DNA from: a virus
IMG/VR virus record: IMGVR_UViG_3300021591_000018
Location: 12,754 to 76,753 of that record
Length of the DNA stretch: 64,000 nt
Strand: one strand, 5' to 3'
Part shown: piece after piece, positions 52,601 through 61,575 of the stretch
Layout of the letters: the number at the start of each line of letters is the position of its first letter
Numbering within the stretch: position 1 is the stretch's first letter
Notes under the pieces: model-generated
Database searches by the model: none
What the model was told of the DNA's origin: nothing
Seen by the model: the letters and a program-made list of their open reading frames with translations, nothing else
Translations under genes and position numbers: made by a program

Positions 52601-53772
52601 CTCCAGGGTGGAAAGTCCCAGAGAAGCATCTCAGAGAGCTTAACGGTAAGAAGTACATCGTTATCGGTAAGACGTTTAATGTCAAAGGATATAAGAAGCC
52701 TGGTACGATCGTTACTGTGAGTTTCCATACGCTCAACCACTACATCGACAGTCAAACTGGTGAACAGTGGATTCACATCTACGAGCCAAAGTTCATCGAA
52801 GTTCGTGAAGGACAGAAGACACCTGACTCAGCTGAAGACGCAATTAAGATTGCTCACGACCTCGAATTGCTGACCGTCAAGAGACTTGCCCTCACTCGGT
52901 TCCCAATGGATGACAAGCCACACCAGGCAGTCCTTCAACACCACTACCGATGTGAGCTCGAACAACTTCTACCTGATGTCGGTGAACCAGGAAGTCCCTG
53001 GTTTGAGTTAGCATTAGACGAACTGATACAGAGACTTGGTGACCACATTGACAAGATCCGAGTCTTCCTCGGTCGATCTGTTCACACTGACTTCCGAATC
53101 AAAGTCAATGACCACCTTGAGGGCTTCACCATTATGGATGCAAAGCCAGGTGCAATCAAGGAACCCGTAACTTCAGTCGAACAAGCAAAAGAGTTGGAGA
53201 AAGACTGGGACAAGTACTTCAAGCTCTCCAACGATCCACAGACATACATTGCTTCACCACGACGTAAGCTATGGGTCGAACAGAAGAAGAGTGAACCGAA
53301 GGAATGGCTCAACGTCGAACGAGTCGTCAAACCAGGTGAAGTCGGTGCAACTAAACATGAGTACGGTGTCTTCTCAATCTTCGACCGACCAATCGTCTAC
53401 TTTGGCGCTGTTAAACCAGACTTCCTGGAGATGTTCCTCTACGGTAAGAAGTTTAACGGTCGTTGGGTTGTACGTCTACTCCCAAATCCATGGAAGCGAG
53501 AGATGCCACGACGTGAATTCGTCTTACTGATGTGGAAGCCTGAGGACCAAACACCTTACGTCCTTTCAAGTCGTGCTGTCCGGAGGAAATGGATTCCACC
53601 GAAGGGTATCAGTTGCCTACCACCAGAAATACGTCAACAGATACCCGAAGAATACCGCTACTGGAAGTTCGACGACAAACAGAAGCGACTTGAAGTCCGT
53701 GATAAGCTAGTCGAAGCCATTCGTAAAGGGGAGGTGAGAATACGTCCAGTGACGGTCAAACGGAGAAAGTAA
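49696..53772 (+). CDS. Multidomain protein: MBL-fold hydrolase + ASCH/PUA-like + NifX-like + NTase-like + ATP-dependent ligase + LigD-phosphoesterase-like
   Basis: THGHPDH; LITEGKKTA; VICAAIGE; G.TDGDIDVLI; KKYDGFR, FDVLY, EGAVVK, WLKFKK; LQHH...HTDFRI. Confidence 0.75.
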   Translation: MKITFLGTKGFIEESSSDHKYHSSILIERGNTRLLIDYGRLHPKSLDEIKPTHILLTHGHPDHCFGFRDETEDGIDVYMLDRVWNSLPEKVREKLDHKPFHMHHWEKIGDLEVYAFPVSHSIDFPTNGFLIRNDKTVCYCPDVLSITNRKLILRNADIYIGDGSYITDKPGRVRYHKETGRPYGHALIRDQVKWCAQSDVPIVIFTHFGKEAVEHPDKLKEHLKNLSKEFDVKVMEAKDGMTIDTTKLGQPGIYLVPPHARLITEGKKTAIVSTRPCPKQYLDVPIHLIEDKKSYGLIRITECHGPLDAEFVRTQLRHRHQITDREWRDWWPDAKQVYVYDFKIDRLWDEPVPVEVPQGIQKWIRDVRVNLAELTAYALDEEGNLTKFGQAKQYRVNGKTIEIIGSGVERAKKLVEMGVKKVICAAIGEASRTVLEQNGVKVEVRASLIKPERVKEVLKHPELLKEWTDEQLLDDHRICHLWAGKNWKTLPHDLTKEEVKRFHDLLVEEMNRRGMEHTTPLELERSVTTTERQSYDNLKDNLLESSNISEVNKQIVEEVKEPSPYAPVHHIETGEDTIELETVLEAWSKPIILKKGYVTLVGGLSNHGRTDGDIDVLIGDREWVTHIHQPLLFRLGRALPDDLGERIQMMFVGEYGGPFTNHIPIYDLVLIPSADRRLIRMEKVPTRIKQLRDRQAFKEALESYREDEVKPLRFVIPLKGYRAHYRFADLVPEVVEEWFERDVYPIYAQKKYDGFRVLLMKQGDKIIIRSEDGEDVTKRFPKIIEQAKKILPHTCTLDIEAELWKDGKHQPREEAAGYAHARTPPDDSGFVFNVFDVLYFYDESVEHHELSGTIGDLHKHPYELRLRYLSLIDFPQSTDDTPKTPAFNLTPTYVAHNPEELAKLVRKCSDFIASEGAVVKSSKSDYPLDGLTDQWLKFKKMAEIHAIVLDNIETKTKGVYNLVVGVRVPPGWKVPEKHLRELNGKKYIVIGKTFNVKGYKKPGTIVTVSFHTLNHYIDSQTGEQWIHIYEPKFIEVREGQKTPDSAEDAIKIAHDLELLTVKRLALTRFPMDDKPHQAVLQHHYRCELEQLLPDVGEPGSPWFELALDELIQRLGDHIDKIRVFLGRSVHTDFRIKVNDHLEGFTIMDAKPGAIKEPVTSVEQAKELEKDWDKYFKLSNDPQTYIASPRRKLWVEQKKSEPKEWLNVERVVKPGEVGATKHEYGVFSIFDRPIVYFGAVKPDFLEMFLYGKKFNGRWVVRLLPNPWKREMPRREFVLLMWKPEDQTPYVLSSRAVRRKWIPPKGISCLPPEIRQQIPEEYRYWKFDDKQKRLEVRDKLVEAIRKGEVRIRPVTVKRRK

Positions 53773-53773
53773 A

Positions 53774-54149
53774 CGGTACACTCACGATACAAATTCGTCG
53801 ACGACTAGGACTCTACCTCTACTTTTACCCACAGGTCGTCATCTTCGGTGACAAACCTTACCTCAAGCAATTGCGTCACAGATTCGGTGGACGAATCTAT
53901 AGTGGAGCTGACAATCGCCTTGTCATCACAGGGTGGAGGAGTGTCAAGCACGTACTTTCCTCTTTGACTTTCGCTAACGAAAGGAAACAAACTATATTGC
54001 TTTCCCTTTGTGATCTTTACCGTCAGCATGGTCCTCGATTCTACCTTGAGGATGAGGCACTCGACTTACTTTACGAATTTGCTCAACTTTCTCCCGGTGC
54101 GAGACGTTTACGTTCAGTTGTTAGCCAACTGAAAAACCTCCAAACGTAA
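53774..54149 (+). CDS. Degenerate LAGLIDADG-like ORF (start uncertain)
   Basis: Frame stays open upstream of TTG 53871: G.LTIQI....YFYPQVVIF...YLKQLRHRFGGRI. Confidence 0.4.
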
Positions 54150-54175
54150 ATATAAACTCACAAAGACTTTTATCA

Positions 54176-54787
54176 GTGACAGGTGGTTCAATGGAAGAGC
54201 TCGAGGCAACCTTCATCGTTCAACTCGGCGATACTGAGACCGAAATGCAACTTCCAATCACCATTTCAGCTGGTCAAATGTTACCTGTTGATGTCCGTCT
54301 ACGTGAAGTGCCCGAACCACCTGACATTGAGCGACCAATCACTGCTCCAGCTGTACTTCAACATCATTGGTGGATGGCTGAAGTGAAACCTGTTCGGGTT
54401 GGTCCCTCAACTGAACACTGGGACTTGCGAATCGAATGGGACAAGCAGAAACCTCTCATTCACTGGATCCTCCAGGACAACCCCCTAGCAGTTGACGAGA
54501 CAGTTGCAATCTTCGACTGGTGCGACGATCACGGTTGGATGAAGAAGGGTGAAAAGCTCGAGTACATTCCACCTGGTAAACCCGGAAATCCAACTCGTGA
54601 TACACCGGCATACATCGAAATCATCGACAAAGGTCAAGTTCGCATCTACGAGTCATCGGACATGTTCATGAAGCTCGACATCATGTTCGACGAATTGAAG
54701 GGGCATTTCGTATTCATTCGTCGTGAACCTTCAATGAATCTTTGGACGTTTCGTCGTGAGGAAGCAAGTCCAAAGGAGGTGAGGTGA
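54176..54787 (+). CDS. LigD 3'-phosphoesterase-like domain protein
   Basis: AVLQHHW...HWDLRIE, IIDKGQV and LKGHFVFIR. Confidence 0.6.
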   Translation: MTGGSMEELEATFIVQLGDTETEMQLPITISAGQMLPVDVRLREVPEPPDIERPITAPAVLQHHWWMAEVKPVRVGPSTEHWDLRIEWDKQKPLIHWILQDNPLAVDETVAIFDWCDDHGWMKKGEKLEYIPPGKPGNPTRDTPAYIEIIDKGQVRIYESSDMFMKLDIMFDELKGHFVFIRREPSMNLWTFRREEASPKEVR

Positions 54788-55971
54788 TGCAGACCGTACA
54801 TCTGACCCATCCCTTCACATTCTATCGACTTGACAACGCTCTACGAATCCGTGGAACTTTGTTAGCCGAGGGGAAGTGGTGTGGACTTGACCGACATCCT
54901 GTGTACTATCCACGAGATGTAATTCAGAAAGCAGCTCCGACAATCATTGGCAAACCTATCAAGTACGGTCACAGTGATCGTGCAGAGGCAGTTGTTGGTT
55001 TTGTAACTGCAGCTGAGGTTGCCGATAGTCGTATTGACTTCGAGGGCTACATCTTCGACAAGGAGACGATCGAGGAAATCGAATCCGGTCGCATCAATGG
55101 TATCTCAATGGAGGCACTTGTCTCCACTGAAGATGGTCCTGACGGTCCAGTTGCAAAAGAAATCACATTCCAGGCTGCTGCATTGGTCCTAAATCCGGCA
55201 TGTGAAGTATGTCGAGTTGAGACTATAGTTCCTGTTTTCCTAGAAGAGAAGGAGGGAGAAAATATGGCCGAGGATTTCTGGAAGAAGGTCAGGGACGCCT
55301 TGGTGAAGGCTGACATCGACGAGGCTACTGCTGACAAGGTCATCGAGGTGCTGAAGGGCATCATACAGATCCCGTATCCTTACCCACAGCCCAAGAAGCA
55401 GGAGGACGTTCAGGAGCAGTCTGCCACTCCACCTGAGCCAGAGGACATTGAACTGCCCGAGGACTTTGTTGAATTGGCTGAGAAGCCGTCTCGAAGGCAG
55501 TTCCTCAACTGGCTCAGGAGACAGTTCAAGCAGGCTGGACTTGATGCTGACACCATAAAGAAGGTAATGGCAGTCATAACGAAGGCTATCAAGACTCCGT
55601 ATCCGTATCCGTATCCAAGCCCGAAGAAGATGGAGAGTCCCGAAGACGACGAGCGAGTCAAGGAGCTCGAGTCGGAGCTTGAGACTCTGAAGACGCAACT
55701 CGAGGACTACCGCAAGAAGGAGATCGAGCGACTCGTCGCCGACATTCGAGAGTTTGACGAGTCGTTTGATGCCGAGTCCTTCCTTGAGGGTGTTGAGGAC
55801 CACGATCTCCGGGTAAGGATGCTGGAGAAGCACCTCGAGACAGTTAAGAAATTTGCTAAGCAGAAGGTCGCTCTACAGGTCGATGCCACTAGTGAACTCG
55901 AGCAGAGAGTCCGCAAGGTACTGCAGAACATGGGTATTAGCGATGTAAAGGCATTCCTTGAGGAGAGGTGA
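54784..55971 (+). CDS. Prohead protease/scaffold protein
   Basis: N-terminal protease-like domain (KPIKYGH, GISME, ALVLNPAC) and acidic coiled-coil C-terminus; upstream of the capsid gene. Confidence 0.75.
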   Translation: MMQTVHLTHPFTFYRLDNALRIRGTLLAEGKWCGLDRHPVYYPRDVIQKAAPTIIGKPIKYGHSDRAEAVVGFVTAAEVADSRIDFEGYIFDKETIEEIESGRINGISMEALVSTEDGPDGPVAKEITFQAAALVLNPACEVCRVETIVPVFLEEKEGENMAEDFWKKVRDALVKADIDEATADKVIEVLKGIIQIPYPYPQPKKQEDVQEQSATPPEPEDIELPEDFVELAEKPSRRQFLNWLRRQFKQAGLDADTIKKVMAVITKAIKTPYPYPYPSPKKMESPEDDERVKELESELETLKTQLEDYRKKEIERLVADIREFDESFDAESFLEGVEDHDLRVRMLEKHLETVKKFAKQKVALQVDATSELEQRVRKVLQNMGISDVKAFLEER

Positions 55972-55977
55972 TAGAAG

Positions 55978-56406
55978 ATGGCGTTTGTAAAGGACGAGAA
56001 CCTGCTCTACGGGACACTTGATAGCAACGTCTCGGTTCAGCAGGCTGGCCTTTGTCTCAAGCTTGCCTCCGATGGTGAGCTTGAGCTTTGCTCGGCTGGC
56101 GACAGATGCATAGGCGTGGCTGCTATGACGACTGAGGACCCACTCAATCCAGGAACCTACAAGACCGGTGTCAGAATCGCTTACATCAGGAGAGGTGTCG
56201 TTGAACTTGTCCTACCTGACGACAATGCTGCGATTAGCCCTGGTGACCTGTTGGCTACTGACGATAACGGTAAGGTCGACAAGGCCACTATCGATACGAC
56301 CGATGCTGACTCACTTTACGCTAGCCTCAAGGCAATCGTTGGCATTGCTCTTGAGTCCGTTGACGCCAACTCTGGTGGAACCATAAAGGCTGTCCTAATG
56401 CTGTGA
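55978..56406 (+). CDS. Head decoration/cement protein
   Basis: IGVA, ISPGDLLATDDNGKV and VGIALE pattern; between scaffold and MCP. Confidence 0.7.
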   Translation: MAFVKDENLLYGTLDSNVSVQQAGLCLKLASDGELELCSAGDRCIGVAAMTTEDPLNPGTYKTGVRIAYIRRGVVELVLPDDNAAISPGDLLATDDNGKVDKATIDTTDADSLYASLKAIVGIALESVDANSGGTIKAVLML

Positions 56407-56407
56407 G

Positions 56408-57322
56408 GTGGTTAAGATGGAGGACCTGAAGGTTCTGCTTTCGGATGAAGAGTGGAAGAAGCTGCAGGCTACCGCCTCTGACACCGCCATACGAAGAGAG
56501 ATCATACGCCAGCTCGTCTACAGGAAGGCCGACTTCATCAGCACTGGCGTTAAGATCGTCGGAGTACAGGAGTTCGACAACCTCGACGTGAAGTTCAGCT
56601 TCCCGTCTGAGGCTGAGGTCGATTATCCTGTACCTGAGTTTGCTGGTGCTGACCTCACGAGGATCACCTGGACCGACTTCTCCTTCAGCCTGCAGAAGGC
56701 TGAGGGTCGGTTCTTGGTGAGCGACGAGGCCATGATAAGAGGTGTCGACAAGGTACAGTGGCAGACTGGCATAAAGAGACTTGCCGAGGCATTCGCCAAG
56801 AAGAAGGACGAGAATATCTTGGATACACTTGCTACTGGTGCCGGCAATACTTTCGCTGCTTCTGCCACCTGGGATTCAGCTACTGCTGCCCAGATAACAA
56901 CTGACGTCTCCAAGGCTGTTGGTTACATCCTCGACGCACCCGGTGTAACTGATGCTGACATGAAGAATATCGTCTTCGTTGTACCACTAGACGCTTGGAC
57001 CGGACTACTGAGAATCCTTGAGGTCGAGGGCGTCAGAGTTAGCATGTTCAACTGGCTACAACAGAGCTACGGTATCAGCATAATGCCAACGAAGCACTTC
57101 GACACCTACGGGATCGCCTTGCTCAAAGGTAGCGACACTGCCATTCACGGTGTGCTCAGACCACCTGCTGGTATACCTCTAGTCGAGGAGAAGAGACATG
57201 AGGGTATCGGTACCGAGTACATCGTGAGGCAGTTCTTCGCTACCAAGGTCGTCCCTGACTCATCGAGTACCAGCACGTCGAGCAGGATCGTAAAGATAAC
57301 TGGCCTGGCCTCATCCTCATAA
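56408..57322 (+). CDS. Major capsid protein (HK97 fold)
   Basis: Position, 304 aa, VPE.A motif, K......S.EA pattern, downstream terminator. Confidence 0.75.
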   Translation: MVKMEDLKVLLSDEEWKKLQATASDTAIRREIIRQLVYRKADFISTGVKIVGVQEFDNLDVKFSFPSEAEVDYPVPEFAGADLTRITWTDFSFSLQKAEGRFLVSDEAMIRGVDKVQWQTGIKRLAEAFAKKKDENILDTLATGAGNTFAASATWDSATAAQITTDVSKAVGYILDAPGVTDADMKNIVFVVPLDAWTGLLRILEVEGVRVSMFNWLQQSYGISIMPTKHFDTYGIALLKGSDTAIHGVLRPPAGIPLVEEKRHEGIGTEYIVRQFFATKVVPDSSSTSTSSRIVKITGLASSS

Positions 57323-57366
57323 GGCTGAAGGCCAGCCTGCAGCTAGTTCCTACATTTTTTCCTTCT
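57322..57366 (+). terminator. Putative terminator after the MCP gene
   Basis: AGGCTG/CAGCCT hairpin followed by a TTTTTTCCTT tract. Confidence 0.5.
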
Positions 57367-57380
57367 GGCTAGTTTAAGGT

Positions 57381-57797
57381 GTGTTTATGAGTGACGTTCC
57401 TGAAGAGCCTCTCTGGGCAGAAGCCACTAAGAAGGTTTTAGTCGAAGTCCTACGTATCGCAACCGTCTTTGTGGTTAATTCACTTGATCAAGATATTACA
57501 GTCCAGATTAAGGGCATGCGGACTGAGGAGTATTCAAGCGTCGTTGATGTTGGCCCAAGTTTTACCGTAGCATCCGAGTCTGTAGATGCACGAACCTTGA
57601 CACCCGAGACATCCGGTTGGCTTCCATATATAACCGTAGAACTCCAGTGTTCGTCTGCCCCGTCAAGTGGCTCTGTCACGGTTTATCTCATCAAGTCCCA
57701 GGGCTACGAGGAAGTGCTCGTCGATGCACTAGAGATCCGAGACTCAAATGTACATAATCCATCAACTGATTCCGAAATCTCTATTCTTGAGTGGTGA
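57381..57797 (+). CDS. Putative virion protein
   Basis: Beta-rich, S/T/V-rich ORF in the head module. Confidence 0.5.
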   Translation: MFMSDVPEEPLWAEATKKVLVEVLRIATVFVVNSLDQDITVQIKGMRTEEYSSVVDVGPSFTVASESVDARTLTPETSGWLPYITVELQCSSAPSSGSVTVYLIKSQGYEEVLVDALEIRDSNVHNPSTDSEISILEW

Positions 57798-58162
57798 TCA
57801 CCATGTTGCGTCCGCTTGCTGTTCCTTTGGACGTTGATACACTTTCGACCGAAAGCAGTGCAAGTGGAGTAATTGATACCGGTTCATCAACACCACCGGT
57901 TACGATTCTGACTCCGAGCTCCGGTCGACGTATTAGCACTCGAGGAGCTTACCTTTTCTCCAACAGCGATACTGGAACAATTACAATGAAGTACCAGAAT
58001 TCAAACAATGTAATTCTCAAGGTCTACTGTGACAAGTTTAAAGTTGCCACAACCCCGAAGATCAGGTTTGACGGTCCGATAGACGCGTCCATTGTTATCG
58101 AGTGGGAAGGACTTTCATCCGGCTCTGAAATCCTCTGGATCCTCTCGTACAAAGAGGTGTGA
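57791..58162 (+). CDS. Putative virion protein
   Basis: Beta-rich ORF in the head module. Confidence 0.5.
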   Translation: MVITMLRPLAVPLDVDTLSTESSASGVIDTGSSTPPVTILTPSSGRRISTRGAYLFSNSDTGTITMKYQNSNNVILKVYCDKFKVATTPKIRFDGPIDASIVIEWEGLSSGSEILWILSYKEV

Positions 58163-58166
58163 CCAT

Positions 58167-58436
58167 ATGGATAGCGTTACCGAACGTCTAGCTGTGGTCG
58201 AGACGGAGGTGCGACACCTACGTGAAGAAATCGGAGAGTTAAAGCTAAAACTCTCCAACTTCAAGAAAGAAGTCTACCGTCGTCTCAACAACATCAACCG
58301 TCAGCTTAACGACCTTCACTTGGCAGTTAACAACCACTCATCGTTGTCGGGCAAAGAGAAAGCTGCCATAATCGTTGCACTCATCACCTCGATCTCCTCC
58401 ATTGTGGTCGCACTCATTCAGACGCTCGTCCACTGA
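58167..58436 (+). CDS. Coiled-coil protein with C-terminal TM helix (holin/XhlA-like architecture)
   Basis: MDSVTERLAVVE coiled coil followed by AAIIVALITSISSIVVALI. Confidence 0.55.
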   Translation: MDSVTERLAVVETEVRHLREEIGELKLKLSNFKKEVYRRLNNINRQLNDLHLAVNNHSSLSGKEKAAIIVALITSISSIVVALIQTLVH

Positions 58437-58485
58437 CAAACAACTACCTTTAAGTATCGTTTATGCTACAATATGAAGTGAGACA

Positions 58486-58893
58486 ATGGAGTGTGTCAAC
58501 GCCTACCTTGCAGGGGTCTTCGAAGCAAAAGGAAGCGTCGGGATACGTCAGGACAAGGGTTACCTCTATCCATTCGTCGCTATCAGAAGTAACAATCTCG
58601 CCTTACTTGAAACCGTTAAGCTCCTCTTCCCGAAGTTTAAAGGTCCAGCTTCTGTCGGAAACCGTTCATTCGGAATCTTCCTCTACCGTATGTCTGATAT
58701 CCGTGAATTTGTCGAGTCAATTCGACCGCACTGCATTACAACTGTTAAGCTCCTCGATAGACTATTAGAATTTATATCTTGTAAACAGTATGGTAAGCAA
58801 TCATTCCGTGAATTGCAGTTACTTGAAGAGATTAGAAACTTCAAACCAGAGGTGAGTGTATGGTTACCGTCAGTGATGTGCGTCAGTTCCTGA
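58486..58893 (+). CDS. Free-standing LAGLIDADG-like endonuclease
   Basis: AYLAGVFEAKGSV, YPFVAI.SNN..LLE and I.PH..T.K. Confidence 0.65.
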   Translation: MECVNAYLAGVFEAKGSVGIRQDKGYLYPFVAIRSNNLALLETVKLLFPKFKGPASVGNRSFGIFLYRMSDIREFVESIRPHCITTVKLLDRLLEFISCKQYGKQSFRELQLLEEIRNFKPEVSVWLPSVMCVSS

Positions 58894-59246
58894 AGGACCT
58901 ACCGATAGACTTTGTTAGTGACGAAGCGATTCAGAAGCAGATCGAGCTAGCTCAGTTTATCGTCTCACATGAAAACGGTGGGTATGCAACAAGTGACGAA
59001 ATCGAGAAAGCAACTCTAGTGGCAGCTGCATACTATACTGCTCTTGCATACGCATCAGAGGTTGAACGGTCACTTAACGTACTTCCACCATCACTCATCA
59101 ACTGGCTCGATCTACTGAAGCAAGCCTACGAGAGAGTTCTCGAATACATACGGTCAGGTGTTCCTCCATTCCCAGTGAACCTTATAACTCTAGTTGCTGA
59201 TTGTTCAGAATCGCTAATCGACTACCTCTCAGGTGGTGATCCATGA
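58860..59246 (+). CDS. Putative head-tail adaptor
   Basis: MVTVSDVR...SDEAI...IE.A pattern; position. Confidence 0.6.
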   Translation: MVTVSDVRQFLKDLPIDFVSDEAIQKQIELAQFIVSHENGGYATSDEIEKATLVAAAYYTALAYASEVERSLNVLPPSLINWLDLLKQAYERVLEYIRSGVPPFPVNLITLVADCSESLIDYLSGGDP

Positions 59247-59680
59247 CAACATGGCGTGAGGTCTACGTAGATATTATCGATGCAATCAAATCAAAGATCT
59301 CACAGCTTACAGACGACCAAGGCAGTGCACTTTTCGATGCTGTCTACGTTGGATTCTCAGCTGCACCAAAACAATACCCGTGTTGCTTTATTCTTCCTGA
59401 TCGTGTACGTCCGTCTCCAGCTGCACCCGAATCAACTGTCTACGATATCGGTATTGAAATTCGGGTGATCTCACGGAGCCCCTCTTCTGAAGCAGGTATG
59501 AAAGACGTTGTCTATCGACTTGGTAAAGTTGAGGACACACTGATTGACGATCGCACGCTCAATGGTTTGGTTGACAACCTCGAAATTACCGAAATCCGTC
59601 CAACTGTGACTGTTCGTATAACACGTGAACGGCATGAGGGTTCACTCCTCGTGTCGTTACGAAAACTGATAAGGAGGTGA
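59243..59680 (+). CDS. Putative tail terminator/completion protein
   Basis: YPCCFI and DRTLNGLV; lies just before the tail tube gene. Confidence 0.6.
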   Translation: MTTWREVYVDIIDAIKSKISQLTDDQGSALFDAVYVGFSAAPKQYPCCFILPDRVRPSPAAPESTVYDIGIEIRVISRSPSSEAGMKDVVYRLGKVEDTLIDDRTLNGLVDNLEITEIRPTVTVRITRERHEGSLLVSLRKLIRR

Positions 59681-59684
59681 GAAA

Positions 59685-60656
59685 ATGGTAAGGTTTATCG
59701 GAATAGGCATTGAGACAACGTACGGAGAGGCTGCAACCATAACTGACTACATCGATGCTGTCAGTGAGAGCATAACTGGTGGTCAGTCCTTCATCGATGT
59801 CGAGACGGCTGGTACACGGTGGATACGTGAACGGGTTCCTGGACCATGGTCAGAGAGTGGCTCCTTCGACATAATCGTCAACGCTGACAACATCACGAAG
59901 ATACTGAAGTGTGCACTCGGTGACGTTACAACTTCGGATGACGGAGGCTCACCAGCGGTTGCCTACAAGCACGAGTTCAAACCGTCTAGCACTCTACCGT
60001 CGTTCACACTCGAAGTCTGCCCGGATGTCGGTAGCTACTCACGACAGATCGTTGGATGTGGCATCACCTCACTACGATTCGAGGCACCTGCAAGAGAGCT
60101 GTTGACTGCATCCGTTGACATACTAGCGGCTAAGGAGAAGCTCATATCGCCATCGACGCCAACCTTCACGACTCGACGTCCGTTCGTCTTCTACGATGGT
60201 CAGATCAGCGGGCTCGTTACTGCCAACGTTGAGGCTTTCCGACTTACGATCGAGAACGACATCCCTGACGATGCTTTCGTCCTCGGTAGCCGTTTCCTAC
60301 CAGGTCTCCGAGTACAGGGATTCACGGTGTCTGGTGAACTCGACCTGACGTTCCTTGACTGGGATGCCTACCAGAAGTTCCTTGGTTCGGCTTCAGCTAC
60401 TGAACCCGGGACTACTGCAGAGTCCTACTCGCTAACAGCAACCTTTACGAGTCCAGAGGAAACTGGTTCCTCAGTAGCTGGTTTTGAGAACTACGAGCTA
60501 GAGTTCCACCTTCCGAAGATCTACCTTGACACTGCTGAGGCACACTTCGACAGACGTGACCGAATCGTTGAGACCGTGAGGTTCACTGCTGTCTACGACA
60601 GTACGGCTGACTACGTTGTTAAGGTTACGGTAGTTAACACGAAGTCAGAACCGTAG
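59685..60656 (+). CDS. Tail tube protein
   Basis: IGIETTYG, LPSFTLE, GC.ITSL, F.LTIEN and VSGEL. Confidence 0.8.
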   Translation: MVRFIGIGIETTYGEAATITDYIDAVSESITGGQSFIDVETAGTRWIRERVPGPWSESGSFDIIVNADNITKILKCALGDVTTSDDGGSPAVAYKHEFKPSSTLPSFTLEVCPDVGSYSRQIVGCGITSLRFEAPARELLTASVDILAAKEKLISPSTPTFTTRRPFVFYDGQISGLVTANVEAFRLTIENDIPDDAFVLGSRFLPGLRVQGFTVSGELDLTFLDWDAYQKFLGSASATEPGTTAESYSLTATFTSPEETGSSVAGFENYELEFHLPKIYLDTAEAHFDRRDRIVETVRFTAVYDSTADYVVKVTVVNTKSEP

Positions 60657-60660
60657 GCGA

Positions 60661-61044
60661 GTGGAAATGAGTACTCGTGACCTCGATGTACTGTTAAACG
60701 AAATCCGTCGAATTGACGAGCTAGTGCAGTCAATAACTCGTGATATCGTTCGTACAGTTGCTGAGGGCCTACGCCAACAAGCTCCTGTTCGAACTGGTAT
60801 GATGCGTGAACTCATCGACTGGTCATGGTACGAGGACTTCGGATACATACAAGTCTCCCGACCTTTTATTCTTTGGTTGGAGTCAGGAAGCCTCCCACCG
60901 ACTGGTATGTTTAGGGTGGGAAGGCGTGTACGCTACAGGCGAACTGGATTTCAACCCTATTGGTTTCTTCGCCGAACATTGTTCTCGATTGGAATACCGA
61001 TCGATCGTGTGTTAGATGAACATCTAAGGAGGTGGCCAAGGTGA
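60661..61044 (+). CDS. HK97 gp10-like tail component
   Basis: APVRTGMMR, LE.G and QPYWFLR. Confidence 0.65.
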   Translation: MEMSTRDLDVLLNEIRRIDELVQSITRDIVRTVAEGLRQQAPVRTGMMRELIDWSWYEDFGYIQVSRPFILWLESGSLPPTGMFRVGRRVRYRRTGFQPYWFLRRTLFSIGIPIDRVLDEHLRRWPR

Positions 61045-61569
61045 ATATCGAAGAGTATAAGAAGAATGTTCGGAAGAAGGTCAAGTTGCCGTCTGGTCTA
61101 GAGCTGACCATCCGACGTATGAGCCTCCGAACATTTGTACAGCTCTACGACGTCTGGCCAGTCAAAGAACCCGACCCGAGAGACCCGACGTTCATCAAGT
61201 TGCTACCACAGATTCTCGAAATCGTCCTACCAGCTTGTGTCGAAGAGATCCCTGAACAGCTTGACGTCGACGACCTGGCTCCAGGTGACGCGATGGAACT
61301 ACTCACCGAGATCTTCGAGTTTAGTAGCTTAACTGCTGTTGAAATGAGTAAACAACGAAAGTTTCGCTGAGTCACAACTCGGTCTAGCTGTCGGTATCGT
61401 TGCCCAAACATTCGGTGTGCGTCCTAGTGAGATTCTCCATATCGAGGATGAACTCCAAGCTTTCTTCTTTGATATGCTAATTGCAGTGACATTAATGAGA
61501 GAGATGTCCGAACCAACTTCGGTTAAGGAAAAGATCATGCGACGAAGAAGACAGCTGGGTCTAGCGTGA
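61032..61569 (+). CDS. Tail assembly chaperone with predicted +1 frameshift extension (61032-61370; extended product ends 61569)
   Basis: ORF ends TTT CGC TGA; the +1 frame is open to TGA 61567-61569, just before the tape measure gene. Confidence 0.7.
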
Positions 61570-61575
61570 TGAGCC

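Noticed and set aside
52950-53070. Possible in-frame intron (40-aa insert between QHHYR and GRSVH)
   Set aside because: Only partial end pairing, and I could not build a BHB giving a sensible junction. Treated as a protein insertion.
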